DNA of 64,000 nucleotides from an uncultured delta proteobacterium (lineage in GTDB: Bacteria > Desulfobacterota > Syntrophorhabdia > Syntrophorhabdales > WCHB1-27), in contig CAWEPK010000010.1 in NCBI GenBank assembly GCA_963810935.1, forward strand, positions 160,001 to 224,000. The letters run 5' to 3'. Both the position numbers and the translations under genes were made by a program. Shown one piece after another: positions 19,885 through 28,412 of this stretch (the first letter of the stretch is position 1; each line of letters starts with the position of its first letter). The notes beneath the pieces are model-generated. The model did not search any database. It had not been told where the DNA came from and saw only the letters and a list, made by a program, of their open reading frames with translations.

Positions 19885-20091
19885 CTAGACCGCCTTTGAG
19901 GCCTTACTTATAAGCTCAATGAAATCGTCGATCCGGTCGGTCTGGACGGTGACCCCTTTTTTGGTCGGCTTCCACTCGCCGGCGTCGTCCTCAAAATAGA
20001 TCCTTATGTCGAGATATTTCCGCCCCTTGTACTCCTCCATGCTGACGCGGAGCACCTCCGTCTCTCCCCTTTCAATCTCACCTATGACCAT
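19885..20091 (-). CDS. PC4/YdbC-family ssDNA-binding protein
   Basis: EYKGRKYLDIRIYF....GEWKPTKKGV; AAGGAGG RBS. Confidence 0.9.
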   Translation of the reverse strand: MVIGEIERGETEVLRVSMEEYKGRKYLDIRIYFEDDAGEWKPTKKGVTVQTDRIDDFIELISKASKAV

Positions 20092-20210
20092 TATGAGCCT
20101 CCTTCAGGATATGACTGCGTCGTTCCTAAAGATATGACGGCGCCCGGATGGCTGCAACGATTAAAGCGGCCGGCCGGCCTTTCACGGACGAAACTCCTCC
20201 ACCGCCCCGG

Positions 20211-20741
20211 TTATCCATCGGGAGGCCGCCGGTCCTCCCGCTTCTTTACGATCTCGACAATCCTCCAGCGGCCTTCCTTCGTCCTCGCCATCCTGAAAGT
20301 GATGTCGGATTTACCCTTCGGCTTCACCATTGCCGTGTCCCCCGTCACCTCTATATTGAGGTACCAGACGCTCGCCCGCTTGATGTCATGAAAATAGCCC
20401 GATTCACCGGAAGAGGCGATTGCCTCCTTCAGTTCCCTCCTTAGGGCTTCCTTGATGGCCGGCATGACGATGGCCGCTGCCTGCCTTCCCAGTGCGATCC
20501 CCGCCAGGGCCATAGGATTGTCCGCCTTCTTCTCGTACCTGTCGAACGTGTCCCTCGCCATGCAATCGACCACGCTGTCCACGTCGATATACTGCATCGC
20601 CCCCTCCGCGTCATGCGCAAGCAACGCACTCCTCAGCTCGTCGAGCGACCGGCGCGGCGACCCGGCTGTAGTACATCCGAAAAGTAATAGGGTGAGCAGG
20701 AATAAAGCAAGAGGTAACGTCGAGTGCTTCCGCATCATCAT
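20211..20741 (-). CDS. Hypothetical lipoprotein (DUF2939-like)
   Basis: Lipobox LFGC; SP..SL..L..AL..HD....YID and W.IVEI pattern. Confidence 0.65.
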   Translation of the reverse strand: MMMRKHSTLPLALFLLTLLLFGCTTAGSPRRSLDELRSALLAHDAEGAMQYIDVDSVVDCMARDTFDRYEKKADNPMALAGIALGRQAAAIVMPAIKEALRRELKEAIASSGESGYFHDIKRASVWYLNIEVTGDTAMVKPKGKSDITFRMARTKEGRWRIVEIVKKREDRRPPDG

Positions 20742-20843
20742 TGTTTCTATATACCACAGACCGGAGAGCGCTTAAAGGGCCCCTTAAAAAGCGCTTCCCG
20801 TCGGCCGGCAGGTGGTCTATACTAGTGTAGCTTAGGAGGCGCC

Positions 20844-21353
20844 GTGACAAAGAAGAAAATGTTCTGTAACTTCTGCGCGGGCGAGCTGGAAGAGAGGCAG
20901 GTAGAAGGCATGGTGCGGCAGGTGTGCCCTGGCTGCGGCCATATCTACTACGAGAACCCCCTGCCTGTCGTTTCCGTGATAGTCGCGAACGAAAAGGGCG
21001 AGCTGCTTATGGTAAAGAGGGCCATGGAGCCGGCAAAGGACACGTGGTGCTTCCCTATAGGTTTTTTAGAATGCGGCGAGACGGTTGAAGAGGCGGCCTT
21101 GAGGGAGCTTAAGGAAGAGGCAGGCATAGAAGGGAAGATCATCCGCCTTTTCGACGTAAGCTCCGACGCCACAGGGACCTACGGGGAAGTCATTGTTGCC
21201 ACGTATCTTGCCGAAAAAACAGGGGGAATGGAGGCAGCGGGCGACGATGCCTGCGATACAGGCTATTTTTCTCCGGACAGCCCGCCGGAGCTTGCCTTCC
21301 CGTCGCAGAGGCGGGCCCTTGCCCTCTATATGTCTGAAAAGGACAGCGCGTAG
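20844..21353 (+). CDS. NUDIX hydrolase with N-terminal zinc ribbon
   Basis: FCNFC..CPGC..YENP; Nudix box GFLECGETVEEAALRELKEEAG. Confidence 0.92.
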   Translation: MTKKKMFCNFCAGELEERQVEGMVRQVCPGCGHIYYENPLPVVSVIVANEKGELLMVKRAMEPAKDTWCFPIGFLECGETVEEAALRELKEEAGIEGKIIRLFDVSSDATGTYGEVIVATYLAEKTGGMEAAGDDACDTGYFSPDSPPELAFPSQRRALALYMSEKDSA

Positions 21354-21485
21354 GCGGGGATAGGGCGCGCGCCTCATGACGGGGTCGGGCCGGGCAATCG
21401 ACTCCCCCCCCGGACGTATATTTTCCGGCCGTTTGGCCCGTAGTGCTTTCGCATACAATCGGACTTTTATTCGGGGAGAATTAGC

Positions 21486-21514
21486 TTGACATCAAAAATT
21501 CCGTTTGCTAAGAT
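21486..21514 (+). promoter_or_regulatory. Sigma70-type promoter for the acyl-CoA dehydrogenase
   Basis: TTGACA-17 nt-(TGn)TAAGAT. Confidence 0.7.
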
Positions 21515-21561
21515 ACGTTTTGCTCTTTATTTCACATTCATCCCAAAGGAGAGGGAAATCT

Positions 21562-22719
21562 ATGGATTTCAAATGGTCCGATGAACTGGAATCAATGCGC
21601 AAAATGGCTTACGATTTTGCGGTCAAAAATGTCAAGCCTACCATGGAAGAAGATGAGAAGGAGCACAAATACCGCCCCGAGCTGCTGAAGAAAATGGGTT
21701 CACAGGGAATGTTCGCCTGCCTGGCGCCCGAGAAGTTCGGAGGGCTCGGACTGGAGCAGGGCCACCTGGCTGCCAGCCTTATGGCTACTGAATTTGCCAG
21801 GGTCAGCCCGTCCTGGGGTCTTCCCTTCAACCTTCAGATGAACGGTCCCCAGAACGTATTGCTCAAGTTCGCGAATGAGGAGCAGAAAGAGCAGTTCCTG
21901 CCGGGCCTCATCGCCGGGACGAGCGGCGGCTGCTTCGCCATCACCGAGCCCAACTCCGGGTCGGACGTGGCAAGCATGAGGACGACCGCGACGGAAGTGG
22001 ACGGCGGCTGGGTCCTGAACGGCTCGAAGACGTGGATATCGGGTGTTCCTTACTGCGGCTGCGGCGTTGTTTACGCCATGACGGACAAGGCCGCCAAGCA
22101 CAAGGGCATGTCCGCCTTCTTCATCGACTTCAATACTCCCGGCATCACGCAGCGGGCGATCACCACGAAGCTTGGCCTCCACTGCGCCCCCACCGGGGAG
22201 ATATTCTTCGAAGAGGCCAAAATCCCCAAGACGGCCCTAGTCGGCAAGCTCGGCCAGGGATTCCAGATATGCATGACCATGCTCAATTTCACGCGGCTCA
22301 GCTCGGCTGCGCGCGCCCTGGGCGTCGCCCAGAGCTGCATCGAGGAAGCATGCAAGTACGCTAACGAAAGGGAGCAGTTCGGCCAGCCCATCGGCCAGTT
22401 CCAGATGGTCCAGGAGCAGATCGCCAGGATGTACGTCGAGCATGAGGCTGCGAAGCTCCTCGTCTATAAGGCGGCATGGCAGAAGGACCTTGGCATGAAC
22501 AACACGCTCGAGACGTCGATGGCCAAGTACTACGCGGCCGAATCGGCCAACTTCTGCGCATCGGAAGCGGTCAAGATTTTCGGCTCCTACGGGTTCTCCT
22601 CCGAGTACCCTGTCGAAAGATTTCTGAGGGACGCCAAGTCCTACCAGATAGTCGAAGGAACGTCAAACGTACAGAAGATGATCATCGCCCAATTCGCTTT
22701 GGGATACAGAAAAAGCTAA
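21562..22719 (+). CDS. Acyl-CoA dehydrogenase, probably non-decarboxylating glutaryl-CoA dehydrogenase
   Basis: FAITEPNSGSDV, LNGSKTWIS, KLGLHCAPTGE, LNFTRLS, REQFGQPIGQFQM, EYPVERFLRDA..YQIVEGT; MDF start after AGGAG/GAGGG; next gene is a biotin carrier. Confidence 0.85.
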   Translation: MDFKWSDELESMRKMAYDFAVKNVKPTMEEDEKEHKYRPELLKKMGSQGMFACLAPEKFGGLGLEQGHLAASLMATEFARVSPSWGLPFNLQMNGPQNVLLKFANEEQKEQFLPGLIAGTSGGCFAITEPNSGSDVASMRTTATEVDGGWVLNGSKTWISGVPYCGCGVVYAMTDKAAKHKGMSAFFIDFNTPGITQRAITTKLGLHCAPTGEIFFEEAKIPKTALVGKLGQGFQICMTMLNFTRLSSAARALGVAQSCIEEACKYANEREQFGQPIGQFQMVQEQIARMYVEHEAAKLLVYKAAWQKDLGMNNTLETSMAKYYAAESANFCASEAVKIFGSYGFSSEYPVERFLRDAKSYQIVEGTSNVQKMIIAQFALGYRKS

Positions 22720-22729
22720 GGAGGGAAAG

Positions 22730-22945
22730 ATGGCTACGGAAGTAACTGTCCCGATGGTAGGAAAAATAGTAAGCTTGCAGGTTAAAGTGGGCGACAAGGT
22801 AGCCGAAGACGATCAGATCGCCAGCCTGGAGGCCATGAAGATGGAGATGCCGATCGTGGCCCCGACTGGCGGCGTGATAAAAGAGATACTCGTGTCGCCC
22901 GGCCAGGAAGTCGACGCCGATACGGTCCTCGCCATAATCGAGTAA
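22730..22945 (+). CDS. Stand-alone biotin carboxyl carrier protein (GcdC-like)
   Basis: 71 aa with EAMKME biotinylation motif; AAGGAGG RBS. Confidence 0.92.
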   Translation: MATEVTVPMVGKIVSLQVKVGDKVAEDDQIASLEAMKMEMPIVAPTGGVIKEILVSPGQEVDADTVLAIIE

Positions 22946-23009
22946 CCGCGGGCGGCCTCTTCGAGGCACAAACTGCAGACAAGAGGGCTGTGCTGGGATA
23001 GAAGACCCC

Positions 23010-23045
23010 AAAAGCCCCTCTCATCCAGTGAGAGGGGCTTTTTTT
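23010..23045. terminator. Intrinsic, probably bidirectional terminator
   Basis: AAAAGCCCCTCTCA-TCCAG-TGAGAGGGGCTTTTTTT between convergent genes. Confidence 0.85.
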
Positions 23046-23059
23046 ACTTCCCGGCTGTG

Positions 23060-23359
23060 CTACACTTCGTGCGGCGTCCCTGCGGGGTGGCCCGGCGTCT
23101 TCTCCTCAATGGGCCTCCGGCTGCTCTCGACCTCGCTCCTGGCCTCGGCGACGAGGTCCGAAAGCGACTCCTCCGCCCCTGCCACGCCCTTTTTCCCCGC
23201 ATCGTACAGTAGGATCCCGCCCTTGACTGCGGCCTTTACGACCGGCTTGACGATCCCGCCTATGACCGGGACGATTACGGGGCCAAGGATGACTGTTCCG
23301 AGGCCTATGGCCAGGCTCGTCCCCAGGTTGCCCTTAAAAATATCCTCTATGAAGCTCAT
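23060..23359 (-). CDS. DUF5132-like small membrane-associated protein
   Basis: GLG..IL.PV..P.....KP..KAAVKGG...Y......AE...DLVAEAR.E; AGGAGG RBS. Confidence 0.75.
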   Translation of the reverse strand: MSFIEDIFKGNLGTSLAIGLGTVILGPVIVPVIGGIVKPVVKAAVKGGILLYDAGKKGVAGAEESLSDLVAEARSEVESSRRPIEEKTPGHPAGTPHEV

Positions 23360-23426
23360 GACGGTACCTCCTGAATCATAATCGACACGATGGCCCGGGA
23401 TGTCAACCGGTCGGGGAGCGGGCCGG

Positions 23427-24008
23427 TCAGGGGCCCTCTATGACTGCGAGGGGGTCAAGGAGCGTGAAGCATCCGGGGTCGACCAGGTCCGGCCAGGTAA
23501 GCCCTTCGTACGAGACACCCTTTTGCGGGCAGGCGAGGGAGACGTGCAGGTGCGGGCGAACCTTTGCTTTTGTGTTTGGTCCGGCAATAAGACCGATGAC
23601 CTCCCCCTCTTTCACGACGGCCCCATGCCGAAGGGCTTTTCCCTGGGCTATATGCCCGTAAACGGTGACGAACGGGTCGTCCGCATACGGGCGGCAGTGC
23701 TCGAGGACGGCCGTCTTCCCCAGGAAATCATCGATGAGCGCAACCACTCTTCCGCCGTACATGGCGGGAACGACCATCCCTGCTTCAACCTGGAAAAGCC
23801 CTTCCCCCTTGCCTGCGAACAGGCAGAAATCGGTCCCTTCGTGGGGGGTGGTGCGTGCTCCGGGGCCGTCCCACCACTTATCCGTTTCTTCGAATAACAT
23901 GCCCGGAAGAAAAACCCATGCCCGAAAGCCACGTTTGTCGAGGCCGTTTTCCCTCACTATGAATTCAGTAAATCTGCTGCGCGGTATGTCGCGCACCCGG
24001 CTATCCAT
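23427..24008 (-). CDS. M23 peptidase-like protein
   Basis: HEGTD (HxxxD), TVYGH, V.EGEVIG, PHLH. Confidence 0.7.
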   Translation of the reverse strand: MDSRVRDIPRSRFTEFIVRENGLDKRGFRAWVFLPGMLFEETDKWWDGPGARTTPHEGTDFCLFAGKGEGLFQVEAGMVVPAMYGGRVVALIDDFLGKTAVLEHCRPYADDPFVTVYGHIAQGKALRHGAVVKEGEVIGLIAGPNTKAKVRPHLHVSLACPQKGVSYEGLTWPDLVDPGCFTLLDPLAVIEGP

Positions 24009-24567
24009 GCAGCCGTTTAACGATCCAGGCCATCCTCCGGCCGAGGACGGCTGCCAACTCCATGCCCTCCTCGTCTGCCGCGACCTCGCCTTTCTCCTTC
24101 CCCAGGCCGAGGACCCGTCCGGCTATGACCAAATCATTACTGAAGAAAAGATGGTTCATCGTCTCGATGGTATGCATGGCGCCCGAGCGCCGGAAACAGG
24201 CGAGCGAAGCACCTACCTTGTTCTTGTACATCTTGCCGTTCGCCAGGCCGACAAAGCCGACGCGGTCGATAAATGCCTTCATCTCGGCGGTCACGTCCTG
24301 AAAATAGGAGGGAGAGCCGAGGACCAGCCCTTGTGCCCCCATGATCTTTTCGATGTACTCGTTGGCCGCATCGTTTTTTACCGCGCACCGCCCGTCCAGG
24401 TTCTCGAAGCACTTGTAACAGGCGATGCATCCGCGTATCGGTTTCTCGGAAAGCTGCACCAGCTCCGTCTCGATCCCCTCCTGCCCGACCGCTTCAAGGA
24501 GTCGGCCGATCAGCATGGTCGTGTTTCCGTCCTTCCTCGGGCTCCCGTTGAACGCTACTATTTTCAT
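24001..24567 (-). CDS. Flavodoxin-fold iron-sulfur flavoprotein (Isf / NADPH-FMN reductase family)
   Basis: NGSPRKDGNT, CIACYKC...C, GSPSYF..V.AEMKAFIDR; start chosen after GGAGGAG. Confidence 0.9.
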   Translation of the reverse strand: MKIVAFNGSPRKDGNTTMLIGRLLEAVGQEGIETELVQLSEKPIRGCIACYKCFENLDGRCAVKNDAANEYIEKIMGAQGLVLGSPSYFQDVTAEMKAFIDRVGFVGLANGKMYKNKVGASLACFRRSGAMHTIETMNHLFFSNDLVIAGRVLGLGKEKGEVAADEEGMELAAVLGRRMAWIVKRLHG

Positions 24568-24668
24568 AAACACTCCTCCATTATCGCTGTCATTAGGATC
24601 TGTCTTCATTCTATCACCCCGGCCCCCGCCTGTAAAAGAGACCGGTTTACGAAGGTCCGCTTTTTTCC

Positions 24669-24697
24669 TTGACGGGGCCTCCGCAATCCGATATAAA
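24669..24697 (+). promoter_or_regulatory. Sigma70-type promoter of iclR
   Basis: TTGACG-17 nt-TATAAA, ending 7 nt before ATG 24705. Confidence 0.65.
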
Positions 24698-24704
24698 GTT
24701 CTGT

Positions 24705-25536
24705 ATGGCGGACCTCGGTTCTAAGTCGTCGAAAAAACCAAAGAACGGCAAGGACGTAAAAGACCTTAAAGAGAAACCTATGTCCCCGGCCGTAGAGCAG
24801 GCATCGCGCGTGCTCTTCTGTCTGGCCGATGCCAGGTCTACCTACATGAGCCTTACCGACATCCACACGAAGGTAGGCATACACAAGAGCAAGGCCTTCT
24901 CCATTCTGGAGACATTGCGGGAATCCGGGCTCGTGCGTAAGAACAGCGACGGGAAGGGCTATATGCTCGGCCCAAGCCTGGTCTTCCTGTCACGCAGGGT
25001 CATGGACCTCCTCAGCCCTGCCCGGCTCGCGGAGCCGGTTCTGCGGGACCTCTCACGGAAGACGCGTTCCACGGCCGTGCTTTGGCTTATCGACGGGTCG
25101 AACGTATTCGTAGCAGCCAAGCACGAGGCAGAGGATGATTTCAGCATCGCGATGCGCATCGGGCAGCGTCTTCCTGCTACGTACGGCGCACACGGCAAGA
25201 TGATGGCCGCTCTAATGCCGGAGGCCGAACTGGCCGGGCTCCTGAAAGAAAAACACCTTTATTTCCAGAGCAGGACCGGCAAGGTGCGGGTGGAGCAGAC
25301 TCCGCAGAGAGCTTGAAGATTGCCGCCGGGACGGCGTCGCGATAGACCCGGGTGAAGTAGCCCCCGGCATGCATGTGATCGCGTCCCCGGTGTTCGGTCC
25401 GAGGGGCGCACCCGTCGGCTTTATAGAGATATTCGTCCTGTTCTCACCGGGACGTGTCCACAAGCTGGCCCCGTCGGTGGCGGAGGCGGGCAAGGCGCTC
25501 TCGCGGGAGCTGGGCGCACATATGGAAGGCCGCTGA
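24705..25536 (+). CDS. IclR-family regulator (apparent +1 frameshift at ~25299)
   Basis: HTH SLTDI...GIHKSKAFSILETL..SGLV, Y.LG, G.RLP....AHGK. Removing one A continues EQLRRELEDCRRDG.AID..E..PG...IASPVF..SRELG to TGA 25536. Confidence 0.88.
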
Positions 25537-25579
25537 GGCAGGCGTCCTTCATTCATTAACGGATAAGGAGAGGCGAGGC

Positions 25580-26119
25580 ATGGCAACGAAACCGCAAAAA
25601 CGAAAAGGCGACAGCGGTACTGCAAAGACGGGCCGTATAAACCTCACGGTGAATGGACGAACGCACGTCCTCACGGTAGGGGATGGGCCGGGCCTGGTGA
25701 GCCCCGGCCACACCCTCGCCCATACGCTCCGGGAGGACCTGGGCCTGACCGGGACCAAGGTCTCCTGCGATAACGGCGCCTGCGGCTGTTGCACGGTCCT
25801 CATTGAAGGGAAAGCGGTGCTTTCCTGCATGATGCTGACCGTTGAGTGCGACGGCAAGCACGTCAGAACAATCGAGGGGCTGGGTGACGCTAAGGAAGGC
25901 AAACTGGACGTGCTCCAGGAAGCGTTTATAGAGCACCAGGCTTTTCAGTGCGGGTTCTGCACTCCGGGCATTATCATGAACGCCAGGGCCCTCCTCGACG
26001 AGAACCCGGCGCCGACCGAAGTGGAAGTGCAAGAGGCGCTTTCGGGTAACTTCTGCCGCTGCATAAGCCATTATCACGTTGTCAGGGCTGTCATGGCGGC
26101 ATCGGAAAAGGCAAGGTGA
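25580..26119 (+). CDS. Xanthine-oxidase-family [2Fe-2S] subunit (CoxS/PaoA-like)
   Basis: GTKVSCDNGACGCCTV, QCGFCTPG, GNFCRC. Confidence 0.95.
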   Translation: MATKPQKRKGDSGTAKTGRINLTVNGRTHVLTVGDGPGLVSPGHTLAHTLREDLGLTGTKVSCDNGACGCCTVLIEGKAVLSCMMLTVECDGKHVRTIEGLGDAKEGKLDVLQEAFIEHQAFQCGFCTPGIIMNARALLDENPAPTEVEVQEALSGNFCRCISHYHVVRAVMAASEKAR

Positions 26120-26123
26120 GGCG

Positions 26124-28412
26124 ATGGGAGACAAATACCGCTTTATAGGCAAAGCGACACGCCGCAAGGACGCGACCGAGATCGTAACGGGGGGCGGCCG
26201 GTATCTGAACGATATCAAAATGCCGGGGGTGATCTACGGGAAAGTGCTGAGAAGCCCCCACGCCCACGCCATCGTGAAGAACGTAGATAAAAGAAAGGCG
26301 GAGGCCCTGCCCGGCGTCGAGGCAGTGCTGTGGTGGAAGGACGTACCCGACTGGAAGGGCGGCACTCCCCGCCACACCCGCATACTCGACAGCAGGGTGC
26401 GCTACGTCGGAGACGCCGTCGCCCTCGTTGCCGCGGTGACGGAAGAGAAAGCGACGGAGGCCCTGCACCTTATAGACGTGGAGTATGAGGTACTGCCGGC
26501 TGTCCTCGACCCCGAAGAGGCGCTCAAACCGGGAGCGCCCCAGTTGTACGAGGAATACCCCGGCAACGTGGTCACGCCGGGCATGCCCTTTTTCGGTCCC
26601 AAGGCCCTCAAAGAGGTGGTGATGGGAGACGTGGATAAAGGGTTCGCCGAGGCCGACGTCATCACGGAAGGGACTTTCGCCTACGAGAACCTCCCCAACC
26701 CGCTGCCGCCGGAGTCGCCCGGCGCGATCGCCCTGTGGGAAGAGCCCGACAAAGTGACCCTCTGGGTCACCAACCAGGCGTCCTATATGGATAAGATCAC
26801 CCTCCACCACGTGATGGACAGGAAGGTCGAGGTAAGGACCATAGCAGGGCCGTGCGGGGCCAGCTTCGGATCGAAGTTCATGTCCTGGCAGGTACAGACT
26901 TACGCCATTCTTTTGAGCAGGGCGACGCGCAAGCCGGTGAAAGTGATGTTCACCAAGGAAGAGCACCTCGCGGCCTTCGTTCTGCGTCCCGCGTCGCGGA
27001 TGACGGCCAGGGTCGGCATGAAGAAGGACGGCACCGTCACTGCGATACAGGGCAACTGGATCATCGACACGGGCTACTATTCGCAGACCACCCAGTCGCA
27101 GGTGGCGGTGGGGTGCGGCGAGACCCAGATCATGCTGCAATGCCCCAACTGGGACCTTAAGAACGTCATAGTCTGCACGAACCGCAACGCCTCCGGCATT
27201 GTCCGGGGCTTCGGCGGGCAGGAATTGAAGTGCATCCTGATACCCGTTTTGAGCCTGGCTATGCAAAAGCTCGACATAGACCCGTTCGAGTTCCTGCAAA
27301 AAAGCTACGTCAAGCCCGGGGGCGGCTACTACTGGCGCGACGGCATCTGGTACACGTACCGTGGGGTCGATTACACCGCCATGATGAATAAAGGCGCGCA
27401 GGCCTTCGGTTGGAAAGAGAAGTGGAAGGGTTGGCTGAAGCCGACGGCCGTAAACGGCGCCAAAAGAAGGGGCATAGGCGTGGGCGTCCACGGCAACGCA
27501 GACATCGGAGAGGACGCCTCTGAGGCATACGTGCGGCTCGGCCCCTATGGGACTGCGCTGGTCGTCTCCTGCGTCACCGAGCACGGGACGGGCCAGAGGA
27601 GCAACCTCGCAAAGATGGTCGCCGAAGTGCTCCAGATACCCCTGGAGAAGGTATCGATGTCGCCGGCAGACTCCCTTTTCACCCCATATGAGTTCGGACC
27701 TGCCGGGTCGCGCGGGACTTACGCCATCGGCAGCGCCGTCATAAACGCGGCCGAGGACGCGAGGAAAAAACTCCTGGAGATATTTGCCCCCATCTTCAAT
27801 GAAGACCCGGAGGGTCTGGACACGGTTGACGGGATGGTCTTCAGGAAGAAAAACCCGGACAAGAAGATACCGTGGCGCGCGATGAGCGTGGACCGCACGA
27901 TAACCGGCTTCGGGCGCTTCGAGCCGGATTACACGCTGACAACGTGCATCATGAGCTTCGTCGAAGTCGAGGTAGATACGGAGACAGGCAAAGTGACCCT
28001 CGTTAAGGTAGTCAACGCGACGGACATCGGGCAAATTATCGACCCGCTCGGCCTGGAGAACCAACTGAACGGCTGCCTTGGCACTGCGGGCATCGACAGC
28101 GCGATCTTCGAGGAGACGGTTATCGACCAGCGGACCGGGCACACGCTCAACGCGAACATGATCGACTACAAGTGGCGCACCTTCAGGGAGCTTCCGCCGA
28201 TCGAGAACGTAGTTCTGGAAACGCCGTTCCCAAGCCACCGCTTCCACGCTATCGGCATAGGCGAGAACGCGACTTCCCCCGGCCCGTCGGCCGTTCTCAT
28301 GGCCGTCTCGAACGCGTGCGGGACGTGGCTGCACGATTACCCAGTCACGCCCGATAAGGTACTGAGGGCGCTCGGAAAAATAGAAGACGCCCGTAAAGGA
28401 GGTGCACAATGA
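26124..28412 (+). CDS. Xanthine-oxidase-family molybdopterin-binding subunit
   Basis: LRSPHAHA, VRYVGDAVA, GASFGSK, RGFGGQ, EHGTG, EVEVDTETG, GIGE. Confidence 0.95.
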   Translation: MGDKYRFIGKATRRKDATEIVTGGGRYLNDIKMPGVIYGKVLRSPHAHAIVKNVDKRKAEALPGVEAVLWWKDVPDWKGGTPRHTRILDSRVRYVGDAVALVAAVTEEKATEALHLIDVEYEVLPAVLDPEEALKPGAPQLYEEYPGNVVTPGMPFFGPKALKEVVMGDVDKGFAEADVITEGTFAYENLPNPLPPESPGAIALWEEPDKVTLWVTNQASYMDKITLHHVMDRKVEVRTIAGPCGASFGSKFMSWQVQTYAILLSRATRKPVKVMFTKEEHLAAFVLRPASRMTARVGMKKDGTVTAIQGNWIIDTGYYSQTTQSQVAVGCGETQIMLQCPNWDLKNVIVCTNRNASGIVRGFGGQELKCILIPVLSLAMQKLDIDPFEFLQKSYVKPGGGYYWRDGIWYTYRGVDYTAMMNKGAQAFGWKEKWKGWLKPTAVNGAKRRGIGVGVHGNADIGEDASEAYVRLGPYGTALVVSCVTEHGTGQRSNLAKMVAEVLQIPLEKVSMSPADSLFTPYEFGPAGSRGTYAIGSAVINAAEDARKKLLEIFAPIFNEDPEGLDTVDGMVFRKKNPDKKIPWRAMSVDRTITGFGRFEPDYTLTTCIMSFVEVEVDTETGKVTLVKVVNATDIGQIIDPLGLENQLNGCLGTAGIDSAIFEETVIDQRTGHTLNANMIDYKWRTFRELPPIENVVLETPFPSHRFHAIGIGENATSPGPSAVLMAVSNACGTWLHDYPVTPDKVLRALGKIEDARKGGAQ

